Under the pieces are notes generated by a model. The model saw only the letters and a list, made by a program, of their open reading frames with translations. It searched no databases and had not been told where the DNA came from. Made by a program: the position numbers and the translations under genes. Below, piece after piece: positions 23,728 through 36,400 of a DNA stretch of 64,000 nucleotides. Location of the stretch: NCBI RefSeq assembly GCF_964204865.1, contig NC_135264.1:3968001-4032000 (forward strand), written 5' to 3'. Source of the DNA: Styela clava (lineage: Eukaryota). How positions within the stretch are numbered: position 1 is the stretch's first letter; the number at the start of each line of letters is the position of its first letter.

Positions 23728-25749
23728 CTACTACTAGAATTATCTAAGACGGGCAGTAAGTAGCTAAAAATAGCTATGGTCTTAATGTGCTATTTGGTCT
23801 TTAATGCGATTTGCGGAACATCGGTTGAAGATTAATGCATTAAACATTCGCTGTGTACTTTTTTGCATTATTCAACTCTTTTCCCAACTAAAAACAACCA
23901 AATCAACAAATGACAGACGAATACAAATAACATTATGTGAAGTAGAAAACCCCATTAATTATAAGTTAATTAGGGTAATCAAAGTGCTATTAAAGACAGA
24001 ATGCAATAGACATGATTGGATTTAGTTGGACAAACCAAAACATACTGCATGAGGTCTCGAGTCCCTACATTTGAAGACTGATGGATCTCTCTTCCGTGGC
24101 TTAGTCTACTATACTAGGAATCGACGTCTCATTCGTAGACAGAAATTTACATAGCACCGATATTTTTGTGAACCTATACCAATTCCCAAGCATCACCGGA
24201 TAACTTTCAATCTTACAACATTAACTTGACCGCACTCCCAGAATGTCTGGTTTACTCGTTCACATTGAAAATAGCCTTTTGTGTGGTACCGTGTATTGCA
24301 GTGGTATCCAACCGTTCTTCTTTAGTGAATCATTTTGCTGCACAAAAATTATGTGGCGTATCAACTTTCTCGTGCACGGAAAAAAAAAATTACAAGAAAA
24401 ACAAAAATCCTTTTTGCAAAAATAGACACTTTTACTTCAATAATTACGATGTAAATTACCATTCAATAGCAAAAAACAACATCACCATTCATTGCTACTA
24501 CAATCAATATAAATAAATATTTCAAATAGTTTTGTAGCCCACCTGACAATGTTCTTGTTACCCAGAACTATGTATATATGCGCTGCGGCAATACAAAGGT
24601 GCATTTTTTTGAAAATTGAGTTTTGCATGTTCTTGTATGGAATTCTGCCGTGTTCATATATAGCAATTGAAATGGATGTTGTTACCTTGCTGGCCTCTCA
24701 AGGTCAATGCTAACTTTTCTACGTAGGTGAATTGCTTTGACCAGTTATCTAAAAGAATTGAGGTTTGAGCTCGACACAAATTTGAAAGTAATTTCGAATA
24801 TGTTTTATACCATTTACAGAATATGGCCATTTTTACTCTAAATACGAATAAATTTATTGATCAAAATCACTGTTCAATGTTATTACATTCACATACTGGT
24901 GAAAATATATCTGGTAGTATGTAAACATTGCCGAACATAAGTTGTTTTGCATGAGAAAAACAGTCCAACCATGCTCTTCAACTGGATCTTGGAACGTAAT
25001 GCCTCAGCTATTGCACAAAATGAAGGACTACATTCCACACAAAAACGCACGTCATATTCGATACAACCCTACCAAGTTAAAACAAGTAATTGTGACCGGA
25101 AGTCATTCACAGTAGGCTAGTATATAATGAGATACGGATCCGAATTTTAGATGAAGTATATGATAGCGACGCTTAACTTTGACTTGGTGTCCGGTGATTG
25201 GCCGCGTCGTCACGCTGGCTGGTTTCGCTTTGGTTTCAAAATTTTGATTACACACTTTTAGCTGCAGCAAGACACACATCTCAAACGCGAGATCGCGCCT
25301 CAAAAAAGAATTTTTCCTAATCTTTTCCTAGTTTGAGGTCAAGTTAATTTACCGTATTATTTCGATTCGTATATTTGTGTATACTGTATATTTAACTTAA
25401 TGGTATAGTATATGAACAGAGCAATAATTTTACTAGTTATTAACAGAGACTGCGCGGTAGACTTCTGAAGAAACTCAGTGTCGACACAACTCGGACTCCT
25501 TGAGAAGCAACTTCACACTGTATAGCTTAATGTGCTATCAACGTCTATTTGAGTCATGTTCAGCGTCACGATCCTCTTCATTGTCGCAGACGACGGCTGT
25601 GGTATATATATGAAGGTGAGCACAACTGCGGACTGCCGGTCATTTTAAGTTTTTTAATGAAAGAGTCCAATCGTCGTTTGATAAATTAAAACACCATTCG
25701 TGATTAGTGGATAATAGTAAAGTAAATCATGTTCGTGAATAGTGTAGTA

Positions 25750-26395
25750 GTTGTCCAGCATACGGCGTTTATGACGCTTATCGTGCCTTAATACTGTCAT
25801 TTACCATGAAACAACTTTGTGTTTCACGCGATTGTACTCACTCATGGAATGACATGATCTCTAGCTGTCGCTATTGAGATTATAATGTGTCCGTCATACC
25901 TTAGCCTTCCTGCGGATATTTGTATATTGGCTGGGCACGAATAATTCTGTGGTTTAATGTATGAAAATTACATGAATGATACTTGGAGACATGTGTGTGC
26001 AGGGAGTAAAAAATCAAATAGTTTGAAAGTCTATGTGCATGGAAGATGAAATGACTGGACGAATAGGGATGTGTCCTTGTGTATGAGAAGATAGCTCATA
26101 TAAATCTAATGCTCAATACAACATGGTTAAATAATGACACATTACAATTCCATGCTATACGGGGAAGATCATTCTCACTGTTCAAGTATCAGAACTGTGT
26201 ATGCTTTTAAAGTAACACTACATATATCTTCCAATCGATTGCCGGCCACTTTAAATTATTGAAGTGCTTTGAGGATAAGATTTTACTCGCTCAATGCCAC
26301 TTATAAAAGTCAAAATCTCAAATTTTCATGCGAAATTACTGAACAATCTCCTCCATTGGGGGATTAAGTCAATTATCGGTTACAGCTGAATGACA
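25750..26395 (+). pseudogene. Possible decayed pentraxin/LamG-like domain fragment
   Basis: 25960-26049 translates IYMNDTWRHVCAGSKKSNSLKVYVHGR*, which resembles the pentraxin-family W.HVC...lkvYvdG strand. It is bounded by stops, and similarity in the flanks is weak. Confidence 0.3.
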
Positions 26396-29250
26396 ACGAA
26401 ACATTAACAGACTAGTTGTTTGGTTGTAATTGTAAATTTACGTGCACATTTTGTTCAGTAAATTTGTTTTCGTAAACCCTGTAACATGAAACGAGGAGAG
26501 AGTTACACACGTGATAAAATTTCACAAAATACAGTCAAGCTATCCAATGATTTGCCAATGAAAATTGACAAAGATTTGTTTAGGGTATTGCAGTTGGAGC
26601 AATTTCTAATCAATAACAAACAAAATAATTATGTTGTCACCATCCTAGTCAGGTTTTAAATAAATTTGCCCTCATAATGTAATTGTGAGATATAATGCCA
26701 AGTTTTAGGACACATTAAAAAAGGTTCTAAATTTTGAAACTTTTGTATTTTTAAAGGGTAGTTTGCTATCTATGTTTGCATATTATGATTCATAAATTAT
26801 TACAAGATAACATACGTTTGACTAATGGCGCGATATTGTAGATTGATCCATCTTACTCAAGCACCTCACAAGAGAAGAATAGTTATATCATTAGTGCCTG
26901 AAATATATATTTTTTTGTTTCTAAATTAACTATATCTCTACACATAGTGACTACTTCTTCAGAGCTTTGTACATAGTGAAAATGAATATTGCCAGTTGAT
27001 AATCGTTAAAAGAATTTCTCAGATTTATGATTTTTCCACTGTTGCGCGTCCTAATGTATCTATCTGCTGGCAGTGCGGCGCTTAGCTGCATCCCAATGAA
27101 AGTATATTTGAAAGTGAGCCAATTAAACCGGTGTTATCGACTTTTAGGATGAAGCCCATTAACACATGAATGACCTGAAATTACGTAACTTGCTTGAATT
27201 CCCACGTGAAGCATTCATTTTACAACTAATCTATCCGTCTTCTAACATGGCCAGCAAGCTATCCGCGGTGAAAAAAATAGTACGGGAATCCCTCAAAATA
27301 AAAAAATAATTTTTCCAAATTTATCTGATCGGATATGGCCTAAAGCAACAACACATTATGAGGACGCAGATTATATTTGACTCATTTTTGGATTGATATT
27401 CTAATATCGTATTTTTCAATTGAGCGTGATTGAACGGGGCAAAAATGTATATATATATATATATATACTGATGTGCCAGGAACAAGATGTGTATCAGTTG
27501 ACAAAACAATATAAGTGATAGATATGGCGGTGTTACGATTCCCGTGGGAGACAATTCCTGCGAAATGAATTATCCCACCCCATTAAAATTGTCTTTATCA
27601 TAAGCCAGAACAAATTGAATATAAACCATTGTGCAACGACGCAAGAGATATTTTATTATTTTACCTAAATTTAAAATTAGTTGCTTATTATCGCTTGGCG
27701 AGTAGTATAGAGTGAAATCCATTATGACCATCCATTATAAGATGAATTGACCTAATAAAATATTAAAGCAAAACTTATTACTTGAGATTTCTGACTGAAT
27801 CAATTCTCAATTGTTACTTACGTTTACAGAAACGAATGTTTTGTGCTGTGATGTCACAAATAACCATCAAAGTTTCGTGAATTATATTAAAAAGATACTC
27901 ATTATTCTACAAATTAGAGACATCTATCGCTAGGGAAGTGATTGTGATGAATTTTGACTGAAAACTAAGATGACTAATAGCTACAAAAAGTTCTATATAT
28001 TAAAAGTAAAAAGCACTTTTCTAGTAATCGTCAAAGCAATACCGTTGTAATCAATAGTCATTTACTTTGTGATAAATATTTATATAAACAGATTACCACC
28101 ATAAAAAAAGGAAACTACATTCATGGCGCTACGTTCATTAATTCGTAATGAGGCCTGCGCCAGCATGTTAATGCTTGAACATGTTGTTCTTGAACTTGTC
28201 GAAACATACGTTAAAATACACAAGAGGATGAAACGGTATTCACATTTGGGTTTGCATTTGTTCCTAGAGTTATTCGCATATCAGAAAAACCCTAAGAATT
28301 AAATTTAATCTCTTGGTCATTATTTTTGTTTAATAAACGCAAATTTCGGGCAATTTTGTGACTAATATCCGGATGTGACCCACAAATTCAATTTGAAAAG
28401 ATAGATCATTTTCTTGCAAATGTACAATCTTCCGAAAATGTAATAACATATGTATGCATTCAAATTCATTTCACATCAACGTATTTTTTTTGACGATTAT
28501 TAAATTTTTAGTTGCGACATTATTTAATCAGATGCGTCCCATATTATGCTTCCTTATTTTTATGAGAAATCCTGAAATTTCTGAAATTTTTCTGAAAAAT
28601 CTATATAAATTTATTTTTTATATATCATATACTCAATTGCTATACTACGTATTAGCTTACGAATAAGTAATATTACTTTATTTGCATGCTCGTTAAATAG
28701 TACTTTATTGAAAAAAAAATCAAATATGTTTGTAGATAATAAATATACCGAATCAGAATGCATAAATTACAATAGAAACATATATGATAGAACAGACCGA
28801 AAACAACGAAAATATTGAAGGCTAAGGACTTTGAATTTTGAGTCACCAAATGGAATGGCCGAACTACTGATACTTCATATATATATCAAAGAATATCAAG
28901 TCTTAAAAATCATATTCTCCGTCATATTTTAAATTTCTTGCTTACAAGCAGTGTTTTTAAATCATAACAACATTTCAATCATGCAGTAACGTTTATATGT
29001 ATAGGTAAAAGCCAAATAGGATTTTCGAATTTTATATCATTATTGATACATTGTTACGTATTTAAGTCTATATGTTTATGGTGTGCGATACATTTGATTT
29101 ACTAACCTCAAATGAATAATAAAAAGTTAATTTTTTTACAAACAATATAGGCAAGTAATGAAATACAATCAAGAGAGAAAATTTCAATATACGTTTTCTT
29201 TGCTAAAAACATCATTTTATTTTGTTGGAAAAATAATGCAAGTTCTCGGG

Positions 29251-30039
29251 TTATATGATATATAAGGGGGCATCGTATTGAATTCCACCGTCTCTTGTTT
29301 GACGATTTAAGCCGGAAATTAGTTCTTGTAGTCGAACTGAATTTTCCGTTGTGTCATCCTTGTATTGATCTAACTTAGTGTTAGGGTTTTCTGGCATTGA
29401 CGGCATCACACGACGAACGAAGGCGTGTGGAGTACGTGGTCCTAAAATGAAAAAGTGCGTGTTAATAATAAATGGTAACTTGTGAACGAGTAGTAAAACA
29501 ATCGTAGTGAATTACGGTGATTACAATATATAAATTATTTACTCGTGATTGCAAGCGCAATAGTGTTTAAATTATCATGCAAAAAGATGCCCTTAGTGGT
29601 GTATAAAACAGAATGTTCTCATAACGGGTCAAAGCATTTGAACACCCAACGCGTAATATCATAGTCCTGGTGCACAAAACTAAGCCAGTTATAAGCACCA
29701 TCAAAATAAAGAAAAAACATCTGCCCATACTCACCACAAACATGTTTCCACATAGCATACGATAGTCTTGAATACAACTCAACACATCTTCTTTGTGACG
29801 CCATATTTCTTTCACGTATATGGTTTTCATATTCTGGAAAGTAGAGAATAATTCATGAAATTAATTATTATTATCACCTTATTTAACTTTCATAAATTAA
29901 GAAATATATATTGTAGCAGAACATTTTCTCATTTTAGATACGTACCTGAAGATGTTAGTCTCGAAGGTGCAGAATAAGCCTTTGCAAAAATGATATACAA
30001 AACACATAAAGTCATTATGCTGTGTACGGCTCGATACAT
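29251..30039 (-). CDS. Secreted prepropeptide-like protein (candidate neuropeptide/hormone precursor), 127 aa
   Basis: Exons 30039-29946, 29833-29735 and 29441-29251, with canonical phase-1 junctions (|gtacgt, |gtgagt; ccag|, ttag|). Protein: MYRAVHSIMTLCVLYIIFAKAYSAPSRLTSSEYENHIRERNMASQRRCVELYSRLSYAMWKHVCGPRTPHAFVRRVMPSMPENPNTKLDQYKDDTTENSVRLQELISGLNRQTRDGGIQYDAPLYII*. It has a signal peptide, two RR sites and an RQTR site. Confidence 0.75.
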
Positions 30040-30194
30040 TTTAATTACTGTTATCTTCAAATAAAATTTTAATTTATACTGTCGTATTTTACCTGTAAAT
30101 AAAATAACAATTTATTTGATTTGATTGATTATTTTTGAAATTCCCTGTACTGTATATTTACAATTGAAACATAAAACTCTCTAATCATATATAC

Positions 30195-30455
30195 AATCAC
30201 ATGGCGAACCACGCCTCTCGTCCTGTTACCAGTCCATAACGGATAAGGGATTAGTTAGCGAGTTAATTTTAATTTCAAATGCATGGACTTGATGGTGGAG
30301 GAAGTCGTAACCGACCAGCGATTCACCTGCGTGAATCATCCTACGACGGCGAGAAGTCCAGCAATCCTCTCACACATAATTATCTCCCACGGGATTCGAA
30401 CCTGCGAACCCACGCGGGTAATTAGCGGTGCTGTGGCGAGCGTTTATGACTCATT
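30195..30455 (-). mobile_element. tRNA-derived SINE (best-preserved copy in the window)
   Basis: The minus strand contains the Pol III B-box GGTTCGAATCCC, followed by a body shared with the copies at 3060-3590 and 6525-7240. Confidence 0.7.
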
Positions 30456-33400
30456 TTGGTGTTTCTTTGGTTAGGTCATTTAAATCGGGGGGTGTTTAAT
30501 CATACAGATCCACACATGACGAGGCTTAAATCCCCTACTGTAAGCTTACATTGCACAGATTGCAAATTCAATCAGGCAATGCTTGAAAACTCAAGCATGA
30601 AATTATAATACGATCGGGTCGTCTTTCCTATGTGAAAAAGTTTTTGAAATAGTATACATAATATTATACAAAAACATCTATTGGGTAATTTTTTTAATTT
30701 AGATATGCTTATTCCTTAATACACTCATATGAAATATGGCTTATATATATCGTCAAAAATGAATATGACTATGAACGAAATATTACTAAACGTATAATCT
30801 CGAAGCTGCAATTTGATTTCTTCTGTTTGTGATTTGATCAGAATCTAAAGCTATTACAATATCGTATGAGATGTGTCATAAATTAATAATGAAGAAGTAT
30901 TCAAAATAAGCGAAATTGATACTTGAAACGAATAGTCATAGTTCATTAAAACAAAACCATAATTTTGACACATGAAACAAATGTATTATCGTTACGTTGG
31001 ACCTGATTATTTACCTATCTCAGTTTTTGGAGGTATTTATTCTTAACGTTAACAGACTAATCTTTCTACTCTAATAACGATTTTATATTTAGAATCAGGT
31101 ATTTGTATATATAATTCAAATTTATCCGGAACAGTTTACACAAACACTGTTAGAAACCCCTCAACTATTGCCTGTCCAACTTTCTAATTGTATCGCTGAC
31201 CAACTCAACAGAAAATAAGCAATGCGCTTTTTTTCGCAAGGCACATTTGTCAGTAAGTCAGGATTTTTTTTATCTTGACTAAGAGTGAATGTATAATGTC
31301 CTAAACTTTAAACTAATTTTCGCGTTTCATCAAAAATGTTGTAAATGTTTTAAATAACTCTTTGGTGACATGAACAGATGGCTTGAGTAAACAATTTTTT
31401 TTGTAATTAAAAAGTGAAAAAACTTAGTTTAAAGTTTAAACCATAATACAAATAACTGTTAGTTACTTAAATATATCCAGAAACGTATGCCTGATAGTGC
31501 GTTAGTATCTGCGCCGTGAATAATTATCGTCGTATGGTCATGGTATTTTTATTACAGAATACGTCTGCTTTAAATATTTCAACTCGGATGAAGTCAAATC
31601 CAGCAGGATCGTTGCAGCAGATTTTTTTGTTCCATAATTCGACATGTTCTCGAGGGATTGCATTACAGCTATTTTAATGCTACGAATGTCTCAACCGAAC
31701 ATGATATGCTATGCTCGCGTGATCAAAAAGTTTTAAGTAACGGCCTTTTACTATATATATTAAATACGTATGCGTTCGTTTCAAATATCACAATATTTCT
31801 TCCAATATACGGTTGTGAGTATAAAGTTTTTACGATTGTTTAAGAAAATCTAGAGATTATTATCATTTTTTATTTAAGATCGATAAATTAATCGATCTAA
31901 AAAACATCAATCGAAATCGAATAATTCTTAAATGCGTTTCACATCACCTTCAGCATGATCAGAATATCATACAGTGAAGACATAAATAACAACAAGGACA
32001 CATGCTGTAAAACTCGTGTTCCGAATATGTTGAAACAACCATGGCAACCCGACCAGGGCAACCCGATCCGGATTACAGAGAACCCGAGCGCTCTTGTTCA
32101 AAAAATGTCTGCATACTTTATCGCAAAAGTTTTTATGAATCACAAAAGCAATTCTTACACATTTCATCCTACTTATACCATAATTCAACTCACTATATCT
32201 TGCTATCTATGCAGAAAATACCTTGAAATGTTCGTTACCGGAAAGCATTGTTGGAGCTTGTAGAAGTTTCGGTATCATGGCTAGAAAAATACAATAACAG
32301 TCTGGATTTCAAACTACTTTTTTTAACATTTTCTTATTTATTCTAATCATTTGTTCGAAACATTTAACGACTTGCCATCTTTTAAATATAGTACTGAATA
32401 ATACTATTGAAGACATAGGAGCTATTCTTGTAACCGCTAAATCTTAAGACGAACTGATACAAGATCTTCTGGTACGTGTGAAAATCCGAGTTTCCGTTTT
32501 TTATATCTTTTATTTTCCCTGTAAATCCATATCATGCTTAGCATCACATCCGTTTTCACGGCATATTCATTCACAATACCGCAATCTAGATCAGTCTATG
32601 ATTTTGATAAGATAGAAGTCGACAAGGAAATTTATGAATTATTTAGTTGACTTTATTGCTGCGATAATAAAACTTTTGACACATTTGGAGATACATAAAT
32701 CATGAAACAGATTTAATCTATCGAGTCGATCTACAATTTGAAGATCCAAGTTTCCAGAAATAAATGTGTAGTTAAAGTATGCATATTTTATCAGTAATAT
32801 ATAATATATAAGAATCATTTTTTTCTATAACAATATTCCGTAAATTTTATAATTTTATTCCAATTTGAATTGGACAGAAATTGGACGTACAAGAAAGAAA
32901 ACAAATTTGTGGACCTATTATTCTAGTGCTGATGAGTTTTAATTTATACAATGTTGAATTATTTCCCACTTTGACAAAACTGAAATTTTTCTTCGGGATT
33001 TTTTCAATATTATTTTATAACAGTACAAACTTTGTTTCTTTGATCAAAAAGGTGCCGTGAACAAATTTAGTAATGTAACGTCTAGCGTAAATGAGGTACA
33101 GTATCCTGCTATGCTCGCCTGCCTTCAGTGCTTCAAGGCACAATTCATCCACCGAATTACCTGTCTGCTATATATATTTCCATTTTTGGGTTAAGAAAAA
33201 ATTACCAAGGAAATAAAACAAAAATAAAATATAACTTACAATATCAACATAACTAAATATGAAACTACATTCTATATTGAACCTACAAGAACGCTAATAA
33301 TTTTGATTTCACAACTCCAAAATGTGTTTGTTCTATTCTGATAATGTAATAGAGACTCATTTGAATCTCCTAGCTGTTGACAGTCTTTTATATCCAAACC

Positions 33401-36400
33401 TGACCTGCAAAAAATACAAACTTTTTCGCATTTTGTCCACTGAATACAGATTTTAGATGACGTCAACAGCGACTTCGCCTTTGAGACTTTATGACGCCCT
33501 CTGCGGTGCCATGCATCCATTTCTTCCGTTCGAACATATAGGCACCAAACGATTATCGAATACTTAAAAGCACCGGCGGAGGAAACATCAATAAATAAAC
33601 AGAGCGTTGTTAGCGATAAACTATAAAAATAACTTTCGTAACAAGATAGCAAAATAAAAATATCCATCTAATGTTTATAAATCAAAGATGATAAAAGTTT
33701 ACTAATTATGCAACAATAAAACTTGGAATATTTATGATCAATTTTTGTTGCAACTTTACGTCAGTATGTGGTTTTTCTTGTGAAAAGCATTTATTGATTG
33801 CATGGGAATGAATATCGTTTACTGTATTCATATACGCTTTGGCATAAATGAGTTATCAACATAATAAAAACTTCGATATATAGATTTTTTAAATGGACTT
33901 TTGGAAAGGTTATATTGTACTCATTGTTTATGAAAGCACCTTCATTTCCCACTATGTTTAGGTCATGCAATTAGATGGTGTTATCCATATTACATTAAAA
34001 AGGAGTGTCATCTCATTTCAGAAAATATATTTATATTATTAAACCATTAGAATTGGTTTTGACTTGATGAAAATATTTTATTCATTTTTGGATAGTATAA
34101 GATCATATTATTATATTAACTATGTGGTGCGCTCTGATTTGAGATGTAATAAATTAATTTAGGTGCATTAAAATCGAAACATTGTTAAATTTACGTGCAA
34201 CGCAGAGATCGTAAAATGAATTATTACCAAAGCATTTAATTTTTGGTCAAAATGGCAGAAGTCCATAGGGACAGTTGTCGATAGCACTTGGCAAAAATTA
34301 GTCGCCGACCATTCGAAATGATTTCCGTTTCTCCTAAATCCACTCTAAAATCATTAATCGCATCTATTCTTGGTTTCGGAGAATCAACCTTTCAAAATTT
34401 GTGAATCACGAATATTCGATTCTACGATCAATATTACTGTCGCGTTAACAAGTTTTTCCATGGTAAATTACAATGGGCGAACGATTACAATATAAGCATT
34501 TCAAAGTCTTTGTTGTCCCTGGTCTTCTAATTAAAGATTGTTGGAAATTTTTTATATTTTATAAATAGGAATATTTACATTTCATTCTATCTTATCACAC
34601 GTCAGACTTTCATTTCATGTACATCTCTGTATTCATGAGATGAAAAGCGTTTTTTCGTGTCTTAGTTATTTTACTTATGGAAACACATATGACACTATAA
34701 AGTAAAACTATGACAATAAATTTTGGCTGTGGAACTATATGGCCAAATTGAATAATTATATCCAGTCCTGGAAAATCATTAATAAAAAAAATGTGAAAAA
34801 GATATACGTTTTTGTATGGAAGAAAACTATCGATACGCGAAACTGTTTATATATATAGGATGGCACATAAACCACTTATTGCATTTAATTAGATAAGATG
34901 TTATTTGGCGTTATAGGAGGAAGTTGGTAATTGATGCAAATTTACAAATCTACTTTTATGCAAATCTACAGATCGTATGGTAATTTTGAATTAATTTGTG
35001 TTTGTGACTCTGATCAGAGAATACCGTCATGGAAGTGTATTTTATTAATGAACAATTGCGTGTTTATAATATGTGTGGTCCCCGAGAATTGTCCCCTACC
35101 TGTTAGTTAGCTTCTGCAACATTTTAATACAATTTTGCCAGAACAGGAAGGTATTATTGAATATAATAAGATTTATTCACAGCGTCCTGCGTCCAAGGGC
35201 TGGTTATATAAAACATAAAACACAAATTTTCCTCAGGAATTCGAATTGTGGACCTTATTGTTGTGGTTTCTCGTGGAAACAAGATCGTGTAATTCAATTC
35301 ATATTGCGTACATAATCACATTCGCGCGTCTTTTTTCAATATCAATGTGCAGTCTCCATTCGTAACAGAAATACATGAAAACTGCTTTGCATTTAGAAAT
35401 AACTGCCATTAAAATAATGGACATTTATGTGGCTGTGGATCTTATGAGTAATAATGAAAAATCCCTTATGACTGATTTTCAAAGCAATGAAATCTAACTT
35501 TACAAACCTTTCATTGTCTGGCTGCTGTCCAGTGACGTTCGCCCTGCTAAAGGTTTCCAATGCCACAAAACAGAAGTCAATATCTCATTTGGGCCTCTGT
35601 GTAAGTTTTACTTTATGCAAATTATCATGATGAGAATAATAATTTTTTTTAGTGCTTGATCTTTTGTGTGGCCTACGTAAAAATGCTGTAGGACAAGATA
35701 AATTTACAGATAAACTATATATACTATAAACTATATCTTGAAGAAAGATTTTACAACTTTTAGAAGTAGATTCTTTAAGGTACGTTACAAATAACACACC
35801 GCGCCACCATAGATGTACTGTGTTTATTTTGAACCAGAACTGCTTTTACGGTAAATGTCAAGTTTACTGTAAATTTGTCTTAACATGTAAAATGTTCTTA
35901 ATGTGACCAAAAAATTTTGAACCTTTCACAGTTATTAGGCAACAACTAGAATCGACCTTTCTGATGACGCAAATTGCATACTTACAAAGCGAAAATTGAT
36001 CTATTTTCTGTTTCTCATTAAGAGCGGAATTCAGACTAAATTGTAACTCTCTGACTCATTAATTTGATTCATTAAATAGACTAATTGAGCGTGACAATTT
36101 TATTAGATTTGAAATTTGTAGTGTTTTTTCATACGGAACAACGTACTATGGAAGGCAATTCGTCAACATCCTTTGGTATTTGTTACTCAGTTATGTTAGG
36201 AGAATGACAGTATTTAAATCATAAATTGTAATGAATTTCTTATATACGTGTGATTCACAGCAAGTAAAATAAATATTTTCCCGTAACTTAACGTCAAATG
36301 AAACCTTTTTTGTTATTATGCATCGTTATTATTGAACTGTTACAGTGTTTTAGAATATACCATATGTTTTATATATACAATAATCAAACGACTGAAAATG

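Noticed and set aside
29619-29804. ORF-track 61-aa peptide MASQRRC...FDPL as a stand-alone gene
   Set aside because: Its first half is exon 2 of the prepropeptide gene; the rest reads through a consensus gtgagt donor into the intron.
30320-30430. tRNA gene suggested by GGTTCGAATCCC
   Set aside because: No cloverleaf could be built, and the flanking body is shared with other dispersed copies, so it is a SINE head.
31955-33667. ORFs of 102 aa (+) and 131 aa (-) upstream of the peptide gene
   Set aside because: No domain similarity and no consistent exon chain.
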